From: Octopus vulgaris
Lineage: Eukaryota
Length of the DNA: 64,000 bases
Direction: 5' to 3'
NCBI GenBank assembly: GCA_951406725.2
Contig: OX597831.1
Span: 16,802,001-16,866,000 of the forward strand
Shown here: one piece after another, positions 50,106 to 63,206 of the stretch
Layout: each line of letters begins with the position of its first letter
How positions within the stretch are numbered: the first letter of the stretch is position 1
Made by a program: the position numbers and the translations under genes
Notes under the pieces: generated by a model
What the model was told of the DNA's origin: nothing
Seen by the model: only the letters and a program-made list of their open reading frames with translations
The model's database searches: none

Positions 50106-50280
50106 GTAATAATAATAGCAACAACAACCACAACAATAACTACATCGTAAACTACCTTATGAATTAAGTTCGACATTGCCCCAACAAACCTAATGAAGCC
50201 TGGAGTGTATATCAGCCGATCGTTGTGTTAATAACACACAAGATGAAGACAAATATCTATCAAATATATTAATAATGAAG
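49580..50280. mobile_element. Head-to-head pair of a tRNA-headed non-autonomous element (- copy 49580-49757, + copy 49760-50280)
   Basis: The reverse complement of 49606-49648 matches 50222-50263. Both copies have a B-box-like motif, an AAT spacer and the same body. The + copy keeps a decayed hammerhead-like core at 50190-50228. Confidence 0.6.
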
Positions 50281-50342
50281 ATTAAAGAAGTGATACTGAT
50301 ATAAGTGAATAATGAATGACAAAAATTTTCTTCGATTTCAAG

Positions 50343-50442
50343 GTTATGTCGCAGCACATTTCTGCTATGTTACAGCGATAACAACATGTCGTGATTCTAT
50401 GAAAAAATATCCATTAAGTAACCCGGATCCACACTATTGCGA
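50343..50442 (+). CDS. Candidate second coding exon of a secreted Cys-rich protein
   Basis: Acceptor ttttcttcgatttcaag. Phase-1 joining to 40943 gives G-YVAA-HFCYVTAITTCRDSMKKYPLSNPDPHYC. Possible phase-2 donor GA|gtaact at 50443; otherwise stop at 50444-50446. Confidence 0.5.
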
Positions 50443-50590
50443 GTAACTATGCTTGTTTTCAACGATTATTTCTAATATTTTTCTACATTAATTTATAATT
50501 AATAATACTTGAAAGTTTCCTGTAGGTTGTGATATTATGTCTTGCTCTTCTTATTAATTAGACGTAAAATGTCTGTGTGTGCGTTTGTGC

Positions 50591-50632
<42 letters not shown>

Positions 50633-50807
50633 TCTTTAAATACTGAGCCATTTAATATATATACCTGTTTTGTATCTATAGATTTTTATATATGAATCTA
50701 TAACAAAATTGACTAAATATCAAATAATATAATACCTATTTAACTAAAATTTAGAATTACAAATGTATAGTCCACCTATATATCAATATATTATGTAGTA
50801 TATTATA

Positions 50808-50874
<67 letters not shown>

Positions 50875-52819
50875 ATCGAGAATAATATGTTAATGGAAAG
50901 TAAGAGAACCTATCAAACCCAAATTAAAGAAAGGTGCTAAAATATTAGAACCAAAGGACAATACACTATGAAGATGTATAATCACAATAACCAGTCCTCT
51001 ACCAAACCATTCATTAACAATAACAATAGTAAAAACTACCAAAGTCGAAATAATAGCAAGAACTAACTAATATTCATAATCGAACTAAATTACTAAGTTC
51101 AACTATTCTGTTCATCTATATAGATTTTAAAATGATAAACTTCTAATTGATCAACTCAATCGATTCCATTCATGAAAAATACAATAAAAAATTTGAAATA
51201 TTAAAAATAAACTCAAATCTATTATATAAACTCGATTATATTAATATATATGTACAATATCTATAGGTTTAATATATCACATGATAAAAAAGTTAAACAT
51301 ATACGTTATATTAAAATAAAAATTAGTTTACTTTAAAATAATACTATTTAATGAAATTATTAACTAATTATTATAAGACATATAGTCTAACAATATTAAT
51401 TCTCAAATTAAATAATATGTAAAACGTAAAATCTTTTATAAAAATTAAACATCAGTCGTAAAAAATACTATCAAAAAACTATAAATAAATAAAAATATTA
51501 CATCAAACAATAATAATATCAACAAAAATAATAATTTCAAACACACAACGTTTCAATATTCAAATGAAATAGGGAAACTATAAAAATCAGACTTAGCGTT
51601 AGCGGGGAATGAAGAGTAACTGATTTTTAAAAGAAATATATAGTTAACGCGTTTATAAATAATCGCTTGGATACATTGTGCAAAGAAGTTGAATAAATCC
51701 ACAATGAACGTGGCCAAACTTTTAACAATGAAAAATACGTAAAAATCGTTTATAAAGTTTTTCGCGTGAAATACAATAAATATTCAATGAACATGGCGAA
51801 ATTATTATCAATGAAAAATACAAAAACACGAAAAAACTTAGTCTCATGTTCTAAACAATTTGAGAAAATCACAACTTATGGAGAAACTAATATAAACACA
51901 CCCAAATAAATATAACAAACACCTATTATTATATCAATAATAAAATTAATACCAGTTAAACATTGACACCCGCCTAAGAGAACACAAATTCAAACGAAAA
52001 AGAAATAACATTACTGAGTTAATTTCAGAAAATCACTAGATTATAAACGTAAAGAATAATACTTAGCGTCTATAAGAACTCGTGGAGACGTTGCAAGGAA
52101 AAATAGAACATAACTATTAATGAAAAAGACTAAAAGAAAATTATTAATGGAATACGGGAATTATCTAAACTTCATGAATCAAATAAAATTAATAAAAGTA
52201 CTAATAGTAAAATAGTACATTAAAAATTACTTGTTCATCATCATTACCCGGATCCTATAACAAGCCATACGCGATTATAAATATTATTATATTTAAAATT
52301 ATATTAATTAACATAATAATTAACGTTATTTATATCATTATAACTTATTACCATCAGTAACAAAATCCAAACTACAACAAACTGCCAACTAACGTCAAAT
52401 TAATTCACAGCCGACTATCTCCTACCATTCAACCCTTCCTAAAGACTGCAACAGATGAAGCCCAAACTCATATGTATATATATTATAATTATGAAATATT
52501 CTATTATATATTGATGTTTTGGTGAATTATGTTTTTGTAATACTAATTTTAAGTTAATTAGGTATAACATTATTTGATAGTTAGTCAATTTTGTTAAATA
52601 TTGTTATATAAAGTCTATAGATACCACACATATATATTTCTTATAAGGTTAGCTTTTTTAACGAGTTTGTCTATTTCTTATTTTGATTACAAGTTAAGGA
52701 TTTATAATCGCTTTGTGTATTTTATTTAATTTTAAAGTATTTAATTATTGAAGTATTATTATAATTTTTGCTTCTGTATATTTAGGATTTTCATACATAT
52801 AAATATATACCTACATACA

Positions 52820-52891
<72 letters not shown>

Positions 52892-53075
52892 AGTAGTTGA
52901 ATGAATTATCCTAGAATTGATAATTCAATTAACCGATACCTGGGTAGCAAATTCACGTCAGAAAACATGGTTGAAGCTACATGCCAAGGGTAGAAACTCC
53001 GTGTTCTTGTGTGGTATTTTGTGTAATATTTAAAATGAATAAAAGAATGGAGTCGAACGAGGATTTTAACACAAT

Positions 53076-53170
53076 TCCTTTAATTTCAACACATGTTTCG
53101 AAGACTGCATATTCCTAATTCTGAAGGAATAAGGTGCATTATGCCGTCTCCTCATCAGGAAAGTTAAGGA
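53076..53170 (-). ncRNA. Type I hammerhead ribozyme in the Penelope pseudo-LTR
   Basis: Minus strand tccttaactttc-CTGATGA-[ggagac...gtcttc]-GAAAC-ATGT-GTT-gaaattaaagga. Stems I and II pair, stem III is palindromic (ACATGT), and it lies ~500 nt downstream of the GIY-YIG ORF. Confidence 0.75.
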
Positions 53171-53677
53171 AAATCAATCAGCCTCAAGACGGAGAAAAAC
53201 GTTTCTATGACTTGCTACATATTGATCATATTGATAATAAGTGAATTCAAAAATCCGTTAAAAGCAATGACGTCAAAATTATTTGTAAGAGGAATTTATG
53301 AAAATAAGAAGGGGACAGTATGCATGCTATATGAATATGGATGCGGGGGTGTTTGCTCTGGTTAATAAGTTTTATTGCTTATGTGAGTGTATGAGTGTGT
53401 GTATATAAATGCATTTACGTCTATGTTTGTATATGTGTGTAAACATGTATAGGTTGGGGCCGGTTGTCAGATAAATATAGCAGTAAAGCGAGAAATTTGT
53501 CTGTGTGTTTGATTGAGCGTATGACAGAGACACTAAATAGAAAGAGAGAGGGAAAGGTAGAGAGGAAGGGATGAACATACGCCAGTGACATATAGTATCA
53601 TTGTTTTATGTAACGGATTAGACATAAAAGGGACGTGAAATTAAATAATAAAACAGAGAAATTATCAATATTAATTA

Positions 53678-54046
53678 TCATTTATATGAATGAAAAGTGT
53701 GTTTTTGCCAGTGCATACACTTATAGGATTTTTCAGTTAACGTGTTAACTAAATGGTAGAGCTCGGAAAAACAAATTCCGCAAAATTTCCTGCCCTTATC
53801 AAAAGGAAAGGATACAGACAATATGGACCAATCCAGCTTAAAAGTTATATTATTGTCCTTAAGACGCCAAACTAATTTACTTAGTCCTGTGCTCTGTTGT
53901 TTTCTCCTATCTCGGAACGTTGAATAATGATTGGAAATTATCTCTGACAATTTGGAAGTTGTTGTCCCAATATAAAAGAAGTCATCGGTACCGGTAGAAA
54001 TTCTACATTGGTAAATTGTATTCTCAATTTTGGAGTTACTGGACAA
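53678..54046 (-). pseudogene. Penelope-like element GIY-YIG endonuclease domain
   Basis: TIYQCRI...FFYIGTT...NHYSTFR...STGLSKLVWRLK...WSIL...CGICFSE. Confidence 0.8.
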
Positions 54047-54147
54047 GAACCTTAATCTGTTAGGGTTTCCTTCGGAGATTGAGACTGAATTATTATTGAT
54101 ATGATTGCTGTCTATATTACTGTTAGTCTTAACCCGTACATTATTTC

Positions 54148-54228
<81 letters not shown>

Positions 54229-54289
54229 CATTATTATTATTAATATTAATTGCATTACAACCGGCAATATTCCTGGCAATAGAAATGTT

Positions 54290-54916
54290 GTTGTTGATAG
54301 ATTTTACAGATTTAGGGTAATATCTAAGAAGTTGGCTTTAGTCAATTCATCATGAAAAACTATATTCAAGCAAAATAATTCGTACTTCCCTTACCATAAG
54401 CCTTCTACTAATCTTAAATATATCAGCATTTTCAGTAATCATGCCAAAACAATTACCGATAATTTAGTTTAAAATATTTCTTTAAGACTTTCAAAATTAT
54501 CTGCTAATGTTGACATTTTTAACGAAAAGGCTGAATTTTATAACGCCGCCTTGTCAAAAGCCGGGTATAGAAATGAACTGTCATACATCGATCCAGCCCA
54601 TTCTAACCCAATATATATTTCCCAGAATAAGAAAACTCATAAAAAAATGAATAGTGATAATAGTGGATTTGGTTCTAACCACGTCGGCATCTCTGTACAT
54701 AAGATTAATAACTTACGGACCTGGGGTTACAATCAACACCCAACCCCAAATTCACACCATAGAAAATTTCCCTTTACTGTGAAAAGTAACACGGTGAGCA
54801 ATTCTAAATCTACAAAAAACTATATCTGGTTTGTTATACCTTTCGGAAAACAAATTAACTCGAACCTTCCCATAGAGTTCCGTGAAGCAGTGGCTAGGAA
54901 CTTTCCCCAGGAATAA
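54290..54916 (+). pseudogene. Penelope-like RT C-terminal/linker fragment, opposite in orientation to the GIY-YIG piece
   Basis: PYHKPS..LKYISIFSNH, RLSKLSANVDIFNEK.EFYNAALSKAGY, IWFVIPF. Confidence 0.7.
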
Positions 54917-55009
54917 CAATAATAATAATAAGAATTATAAAAACAAAACAAAAATAAATACAATAATATTTATAATACTAACAATAATAATAATAATAAT
55001 AATAATAAC

Positions 55010-55061
<52 letters not shown>

Positions 55062-55218
55062 TTAATAATATTAATAATATTAATAATAATAATGTTAATA
55101 ATAATAAGCCATAGAAACACTAATATGGGCCAGTTTAGCAACGGGAAAAATAACTCTCAAAGACTGGAACATCTACAATACCTCGTGAGTATTTGAAATT
55201 CTCTTCAAAGTGGGTTAA

Positions 55219-56140
55219 TAAATTTACAAATTTACGTATCTACAGCTTTCAAACATACATCCGATCGGCTTTAAAAACTTTAATACCCACAACTGCCTCT
55301 GTAAGCACCCTTTTTTCTTTCTTTCTTTTTTTTTCTTCTCTCTCTAAAAACATCACGCTTTTCTTTTTTTCTTTTTGTAGACTTGCAAAACCCTAAAACT
55401 TTCTATGAATATCTGACTTTTCTTTGCTTCCTCCCAGAATATTCAAATATAAATGTAAACATATACTTTTTATTGCAAAAACACACCTGTTCTTCTAACT
55501 GGACATACAAACATCTCTAGAGGGGTCAACCTCAACCTCCAGAATATTACCTTCCACGAAATATACAAACACTTTTTATTGCAATAACACAAACGCACAT
55601 GGAAAAAATAATGATGCTAAGATTCTCTCTGGTCGAACACAGCTTCTCTATTCACAAATAATACAGAACAGCCCTTCAAAATAAGTTAAGAAAATTTACA
55701 AATTTACATATCTACAGTTTTCAAACATACATTCGTTCAGCTTTAAAAACTTTAATACCCACAATTGCCTCAGTAAACATCCTTTTTTTTCTTCTCTCTA
55801 AAAACATCACGCTTTTCTTTTTGTGGACTTTCAAAACCGTAAAACTTTCTATGAAAATCTGACTTTTCTTTTTCTTTATTTTCTTTGCTTCCTCCCTGAA
55901 TATTCAAATATAAATCTAAACATATACTTTTTAATGCAAAAACACACCTGTTCTTCTAACTGGACATACAAACATCTCTAGAAAAGTCAACTTCAACCTC
56001 CACAATATTACCTTACACGAAATATACAAACACTTTTTATTGCAATAACACAAACGCACATGGAAAAAAATGACGATGCTAAGATTCTCTCTGGTCGAAC
56101 ACAACTTCTCTATTCACAAACAATACAGGACACCCCTTCC
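55219..56140 (+). repeat. Tandem duplication of a ~470 bp unit (55219-55680 and 55693-56140)
   Basis: Both units run AATTTACAAATTTAC...CTTCTCTATTCACAAA with high identity. Confidence 0.9.
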
Positions 56141-56561
56141 TTAATTTTTCTTAAGGCTAATAGTAGTAAACATCTGAACTTTTTTTGACCCCACCCAAAA
56201 AAAAAAGATAGTAATAGTGCTGATATACTATCTATCTATCTACACACACACACACAAACCTCACCTCGGCTCTATTGTTAACCAAATATGAAAGTATTAT
56301 TTGACAGGCAAGAACTCTGGCATTGAAGACAGTCAGCCAGTCAACCACCAAGCCAGCCAACGAGACAGACAGACACTACTGTGATGGTGATAATGATAAA
56401 AAAACAAAAATAACAATAATAAGATACTGCTGTGACTACACATAAAACAATATCATTGATGATGATGGTGGTGATGGTGATGGTGATGATGATGATGATG
56501 ATGGTAATGGTGGTGATAATGATGATAGTGATAATAATGGTGAAGATAATAACAATAATAA

Positions 56562-59500
56562 GCCGACTACGGCTGCTATAATGGTACGATTATAAATGTA
56601 ACGGCAATGATGGCCGTCTCCCCACGAGCCAATCAAAGCTAAAAATTGATAACATTATCGTAGCACCAAAATGATTTTGGAAACTAAAAGGAAAACTAAA
56701 TCAGTATACCAAATCGCTTGTCCTATGGTTAATCTGGAAGCGCGTCCCACAGGGAAGAGCCAGCCTGGGATCGAAAAGTCATCAACTGGCACAAACTCTT
56801 CACCGAATACGGACATGGATGGTCACTTGAACGGGATATCCCCCAACTCGAGCCCTCCAAGTTCACCACCACAACCACCACAGAAAGAAAAATGTAAGCG
56901 GAACAAATGGACCCGAGAAGAGTATAAAGAAGTAATATACGCTTATTACTATGCATTAGGTACGCCATCTCAAGAGAGACACACTGCAAACTCTTACAGT
57001 ATATGGAGAACACGGAATCAAGACAGTAGGCCCTATTTGGACGAGAACAAATTAGCAAATGTGAGGAGGGATATCTTTAGAAATAACAGACTCACAGACA
57101 GTGAAATAAGCGCGATCAAGCACGCAACGGAAAATGACATAAATATAAGACACAAAGGAAATGAAGAATCAGATGAACAGTATAGCCCGCCACGAGGCTT
57201 AATTGAAAGACTGCCATCTGACCAAAGTACGCAAAGGCCTGAAGATACAAGAAATTCTATTGTACCTGTTAAAGATAGCCAGGAAAACGAAAAAACAACA
57301 GTAACTGAAGATCTCGCATTTGCTGAAGAACACAGAGAGTCTATGGCAGAAATGAGGCAGAAAATCCTGAATACGCTTGAAGTTGTAAGACATACAAGTA
57401 TGAATGATAGAGAACCGCTTCATAAACTCTCAAATACAAACCAAAATAAAAAACAAATCCAAATTGGCAACTATGTAACAAATGAAATAATACGAGAATT
57501 AAAACCTGATTTTACTGAGTTAAATGAAATTATTTACGCTTCTGCTAGGGCAATTGAAACGAGCTGTATACCCCCGAAAAAACAAAGAAAACAAAACCTG
57601 GGAAGAAATCAAACCTGGAGAAGTAAAATTGAAAAAGAGATTGAATTTATGAGAGGGGAAATATCAATATTAAATGAACTCATATGTGGAAATGATGTAA
57701 GATCCAGAACAGGAAGAAGATGAAGAGAAAATTTGGATCCTCACCAAGAGAAGAACTGATATCAATAAAAGAAACGCTGAAACAAAAAGTCCAAGCAAAA
57801 GCCCAAAGAATACGAAGATTTGAGAAGAGAAACAAGATTTAGAAGCAAAATAAGCTGTTCACATCCAATGCCAAAAAATTCTACAGAGAAATAGGGAAGG
57901 AGAAAGTAACCGTTAAAGACCCCCCTCCCATGGAAGAAGTTCAAAACTTTTGGGAAAGGATTTGGAGTGACAAGAAGACGTACAACATAAATGCAGACTG
58001 GATTATACAAACTGAAGGATCCTATCAAAATTTACAACAACAAGCATGGGAAGACATCACAATAGCAGACCTAAGAAAGACACTCACGAAGGCCCATAAT
58101 TGGAATCCCCCGGTAAAGATAGGGTGCCGAATTTCTGGCTCGCATCGCTCCCGTGCGCAAACGGTAAGCTAGTTCAGCTGCTCAATGGGATTTTGAGAGA
58201 CCCAAAGAAAACACCTGAATGGTTAGCAAGTGGCATAACTTACCTACTCCCAAAGAATAACGAAACCAACCTTCCAAAAAACTATCGGCCTATAACCTGT
58301 CTATCCACCACGTATAAAATCCTAACATCTATCCTGGCGGAGAAAACATGCATTCATGGAGAAGAACGATATTTTCCCCATTGAACAAAAAGGGTGCCGC
58401 CGAGGCTCTTACGGATGCAAAGATCAACTGCTAATCAATCGTATGATCCTTCAGAACTGTCACAACAAGCGCAGAAATCTCAGCACCGCATGGATTGACT
58501 ATAAAAAGGCCTTCGACAGTATACCGCATCCATGGATATTGAGATCGCTGGACATCTTTAAAATTTCCCCTGTGATTTCAAACTTCCTGAAGCACAATAT
58601 GTCGTTGTGGAATACGAATCTCCAATCATACCACTCTAATGGAGTAGTTGCCTCAGAAAATATAAACATCAACTGTGGAATTTTTCAAGGTGACTCACTT
58701 TCACCTTTAATATTCTGCATAGCCCTAATACCCCTTACAAGTGAATTAAACAGAACAGGGTATGGGTATAAAATTGCCAATAAAAAAATAAGCCATCTAT
58801 TTTATATGGATCACTTAAAACTTTATGGTAAATACAATAATGAACTTGAAGGCCTATTGCGCACCGTGAAAGCATTCAGCGATGGCATCGGGATGGAGTT
58901 TGGACTTGAGAAGCGTGCCAAGGCCACCTTCCAGAAAGGGAAAGTGAAGACCACAAATTCAGTCGTGTTAGATGTTGACACAGTCATAAGAGAGCTTGAG
59001 CAAGAACAAACATACAAATATTTAGGGATAAATGAAGGCTCTGGTATTCAGCATGCAAGCATGAAAGAGAAAATCAGGAAGGAATGTTATAGGAGAGTTC
59101 GTGCAATCCTGAAATCTGAACTAAATGCACGTAACAAGGTGTTAGCTATAAATTCCTTAGCAGTTCCAGTTGTTACTTATAGCTACAATGTGTTGAACTG
59201 GAATATGAGTGAAGTAAAGAATATAGATAGAAAAATACGCAAGCTGCTGAGTTGTAATAGGATGCACCACTCAAAGGCAGACGTAGATCGCCTTTACCTT
59301 CCCAGAGCCCAAGGAGTTCGAGGCCTAATCCAATTTGAACTAGCTTACAAAACAACCACAATTGGACTGGCCAAATATCTCGAAATATCGAATGACTGGA
59401 TGCTAAAGCACGTGGAAAATCACGAGAGACGAAAGAAGCTTCATTCTATCATCAAGGAAAGCAAAAAATTTGCTATTGATCTCGTGCAGGATACCCAAAC

Positions 59501-60518
59501 TGAACAACCCGAGGGAAGTACGGCAACTATTGTTGCAAAGAAGGTGAAAATGATGGCAATGAAAAAAGCGCACGAGCAATTGGCTGATAGGTGGGAGGAG
59601 AAACCTCTGCACGGCAAATATGTGACCCGCAGCAAACAAGCTGATGTTGACCAGAAGCAAACCCATCAGTGGCTACGGAGCTCATGGCTAAAAGCAGAGA
59701 GCGAAGGTTTCATCCTGGCTGCTCAAGATCAAAGCATATTAACCCGGAACTACCAGGCCAATGTGATGAAAAATGGAGCAGACCCAAAAAGCCGATTCTG
59801 CAACGACATGATTGAAACAGTGGACCACCTACTCTCTGAATGTAAAATCTTAGCACCAGTGCAGTATAAATTAAGACATGACAGAGTTGGCCAATATCTA
59901 CACTGGCTAATAAGTCGGCATTACAATATCAAAATTGCCGACAAGTGGTATAATCACCACCCTGAAGCTGTAACTGAAGGAGAAAATGTAACGATTCGGT
60001 GGAACTTTACAGTACATACAGAGCGAACCATCAAGGCCAATAAACCAGATATTGTTGTGAAAGACCCAAACAATAAAGTTTGCTTATTGATCGACATGAG
60101 CATCCCCTGGGATCATAATATCTCAGCGAAAGAGTTTGACAAGCTCAGAAAATATAAAGACCTGCACATTGAAATTGAGAAATTGTGACATCTCATGGCG
60201 GTTACAATACCAGTTATCGTAGGAGCACTAAGAATGATCAAGAAGAGAACCGAAAATTATGTGAGAATGGTCCCTGGCTTACCATTCCAGCAAGAAAAGC
60301 AACAGATTGTCTTTACTGGAACATCACACGTATTGAGAACTGCATTGTCGATGTGAGAATTACTACTACCCATGTATTTTAATTTAACTTTAAAAAAAAA
60401 TCACGAACTATTGAGTTTAGTTTATTGGCTTACCGATGTATACTATGAGTTTCTTTGCCCTAGGAGTCGGGAAGACACTCGGCAAGAAATGGAAGCAAAT
60501 TTGAAAGAAGAAAAAAAT
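56562..60518 (+). mobile_element. Apparently full-length (~3.96 kb) Dong/R4-type retrotransposon, family A, mildly mutated
   Basis: One ancestral ORF from ATG 56671, now split into 350, 80, 94 and 610 aa pieces. It has the N-terminal KWTREEY motif, RT (YMDH in place of YMDD), CCHC remnant, RHD and RLE KPDIVV...LID. AAT-like sequence lies at both junctions. Confidence 0.93.
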
Positions 60519-60559
60519 ATAATTATACTAATAATAATAATATCGTTATATCGTTATAA

Positions 60560-61915
60560 CGTTAACTGGTTAATTACTGAAATATATAAACTTGAGAGAA
60601 AAATACGAAAACTGTTGACAATGTATATAATGCACTACCCCAAGGAAGATACAGAACGACTTTATCTGCCAAGAAAAGAGGGAGGCCGTGGAAGTTTACG
60701 ACTGGCAATAACAATGAAGATTGCTACAATTGGCCTAGACACCTACCTGAAAAACTCTGAGGATTGGATGTTAAAACTTGTCTCAAGACATGAAAACAAG
60801 AAAGCATCATACTCAGTAATAAAACAGGCAAAGGGATATCTAAGTGAATTCCGAATACAACAAATTTCGGAATGAGAGTTAGACATACAAGAAACAAGCA
60901 CAGAAAAAGCTAGGCGCATTAAAACCCGTGCCAAAACTGCGGCCTTAGATATTCTGAATAATAAATTGCAAGGAAAACATCTCTATGGCAGATACCCAAA
61001 GAGGGAGAGTGGTGCAGATATTGACAAAGCCCTAAAACATCAATGGCTAATGGCCGCTGGCTTAAAATCTGAAACAGAAGGCATTATCATAGCAGCTCAA
61101 GATCAATGCCTACCAACAAGGAACTACCAGGCCAACATATTAAAGAACGGCAGTAGCACAAGATATCGTGTATGTCAACAACAAAAGGAAACCATTCATC
61201 ATGTTGTTTCCAAGTGCAGTCTTCTAGCGCCTACAGAGTATCTGTACAGGCATGATGTATCTGCACAATATATTCAAGAACAATATATTCAAGAACCTGG
61301 AATTTCCCCATGAAAAACACTGGTGGGAACACAAAACAACCCAGTGCTTGAAAATGACCACATCTCTCTCTTCTGGAACTTCAGCATTCAAACTGACAGA
61401 AAGATAGATGCAAGTAGGCCAGATATCTTATTTAAAGACTTCAGACAAAGATCATGCCTCCTCATTGATATTACTGTCCCAATCGATATCTGTCAAGACC
61501 TCCCAAAAACTGAGCAAAAATAAAGATCTTGAAATAGAAATCAGCAAAATATGGAATCTGAAAACTAAAACAATACCTGTTGTTATAGGTACCCTGGGAA
61601 TGATAGCAAACGCGGCTGATTGCTACCTAACTCAGATACCAGGAAATCAAAAACTGGCAGTAATTCAATAGATAGTGCTCATGGGAGCTGCTCATATCCT
61701 ACGCAAAATACTTTCTATGTAATCTCAAGGTTTAAAACAAACATAATTCTCGTTTTTTTTAGAAATTCACTAGTAAAAGACCAAAAAGCAAATAAAACAT
61801 ATATATGGCACACTAGGCATAACAACAACATGAACTTCGAACTTATTGTCTCTTGAGGTCTCTGGGTGAGACTTGGAGCCAACTTGTCCAAATATAAAGA
61901 AAAAGTCAAGCATAG
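60560..61915 (+). mobile_element. 5'-truncated Dong-type element, family B
   Basis: VNW...RKIRKLLTM, GLKSETEG.IIAAQDQ, RPDIL; the family B UTR ends GTCAAGCATAGA before AAT. Confidence 0.9.
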
Positions 61916-61978
61916 AATAATAATGATAATAATAACGACATTAATAATAATATTGAAAATAATAATAATAATAATAAT

Positions 61979-62066
<88 letters not shown>

Positions 62067-62088
62067 TTAATGGTAATAATAATAATAA

Positions 62089-62168
<80 letters not shown>

Positions 62169-62169
62169 C

Positions 62170-63131
62170 ACAAAGAATAAGAATAAGATGAAGAAACAAC
62201 AAAAGCTATAAAACAAATGAAATCCAAACTAAAAATAGAACAGCAACGAGCCATGATAAAACGATGGCAAGAAAAACCCCTTCATGGTAAATACTGCACT
62301 AAACTAAACGCAAAAGAAATAGACAAAGAAAAATCCCAGCAATGGTTGAGAAGCTCAGGACTCAAAGCAGAAACAGAGATATTTTTAATTACAGAACAAG
62401 ACCAAAGCCTCCCCACCAGAAATTACCAAAAACATGTAATGAAAAGAAATATTACAAGTAACTGCAGAATATGTGGAGATGGACAAGAAACAATAAATCA
62501 TATTATCTCTAGCTGCCCAGTCCTGAAAAAGAAGGAATATATTCACAGACATGACAGAGTGGGAACCTACATATATTGGAAGCTTTGCCAACAGTATGGA
62601 ATAACAACAGAAAAAAAGATGGTATAGGCACACACCAGAAAAGGTCACAGAAAACGAGAAAGCAACCATACTCTGGGATATGCCGATACACACAGATAGA
62701 GAAATTAAGGCCAACAGACCAGATATAGTTGTCAGAGATCATGAAGAAAAAAATGCTTTCTAATTGATGTATCAATACCGGCAGATGACAACGTGTCTCT
62801 AAAAGAAATGGAGAAACTCTCAAAATACAAAGACCTGGAAATAGAGGTAACCAGAATGTGGAACCTGAAAACAAAAACAATTCCTATCATAGTAGGTGCA
62901 TTAGGCATGATAAAAAAATATTCAGACAAATACATAACAAAAACACCAGGACTTACAAACACATATATCATACAGAAAATTGCACTACTAGGCACTGCAC
63001 ACATCCTACGCAGAACACTTTCCATACAATAACCATCAGAGCATTACAACAAATCACAGCACATACCCAAGGCACACAGAGCTGCGCTCGTTAGTGAAGT
63101 GAAAGCACGCTAAAAAAAATAAAACTACTGA
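62170..63131 (+). mobile_element. 5'-truncated Dong-type element, family C
   Basis: WQEKPLHGKY, CRICG...ETINHIISSC, HRHDRVG, RPDIVVRD, HILRRTLSIQ*. The UTR ends AAACTACTGA before AAT. Confidence 0.92.
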
Positions 63132-63158
63132 ATAATAATAATAATAATAATAATAATG

Positions 63159-63203
<45 letters not shown>

Positions 63204-63206
<3 letters not shown>

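Noticed and set aside
58356-60188. Active 610-aa reverse transcriptase gene
   Set aside because: The catalytic YMDD is mutated to YMDH, the first CCHC Cys is lost, and there are frameshifts upstream and a premature stop.
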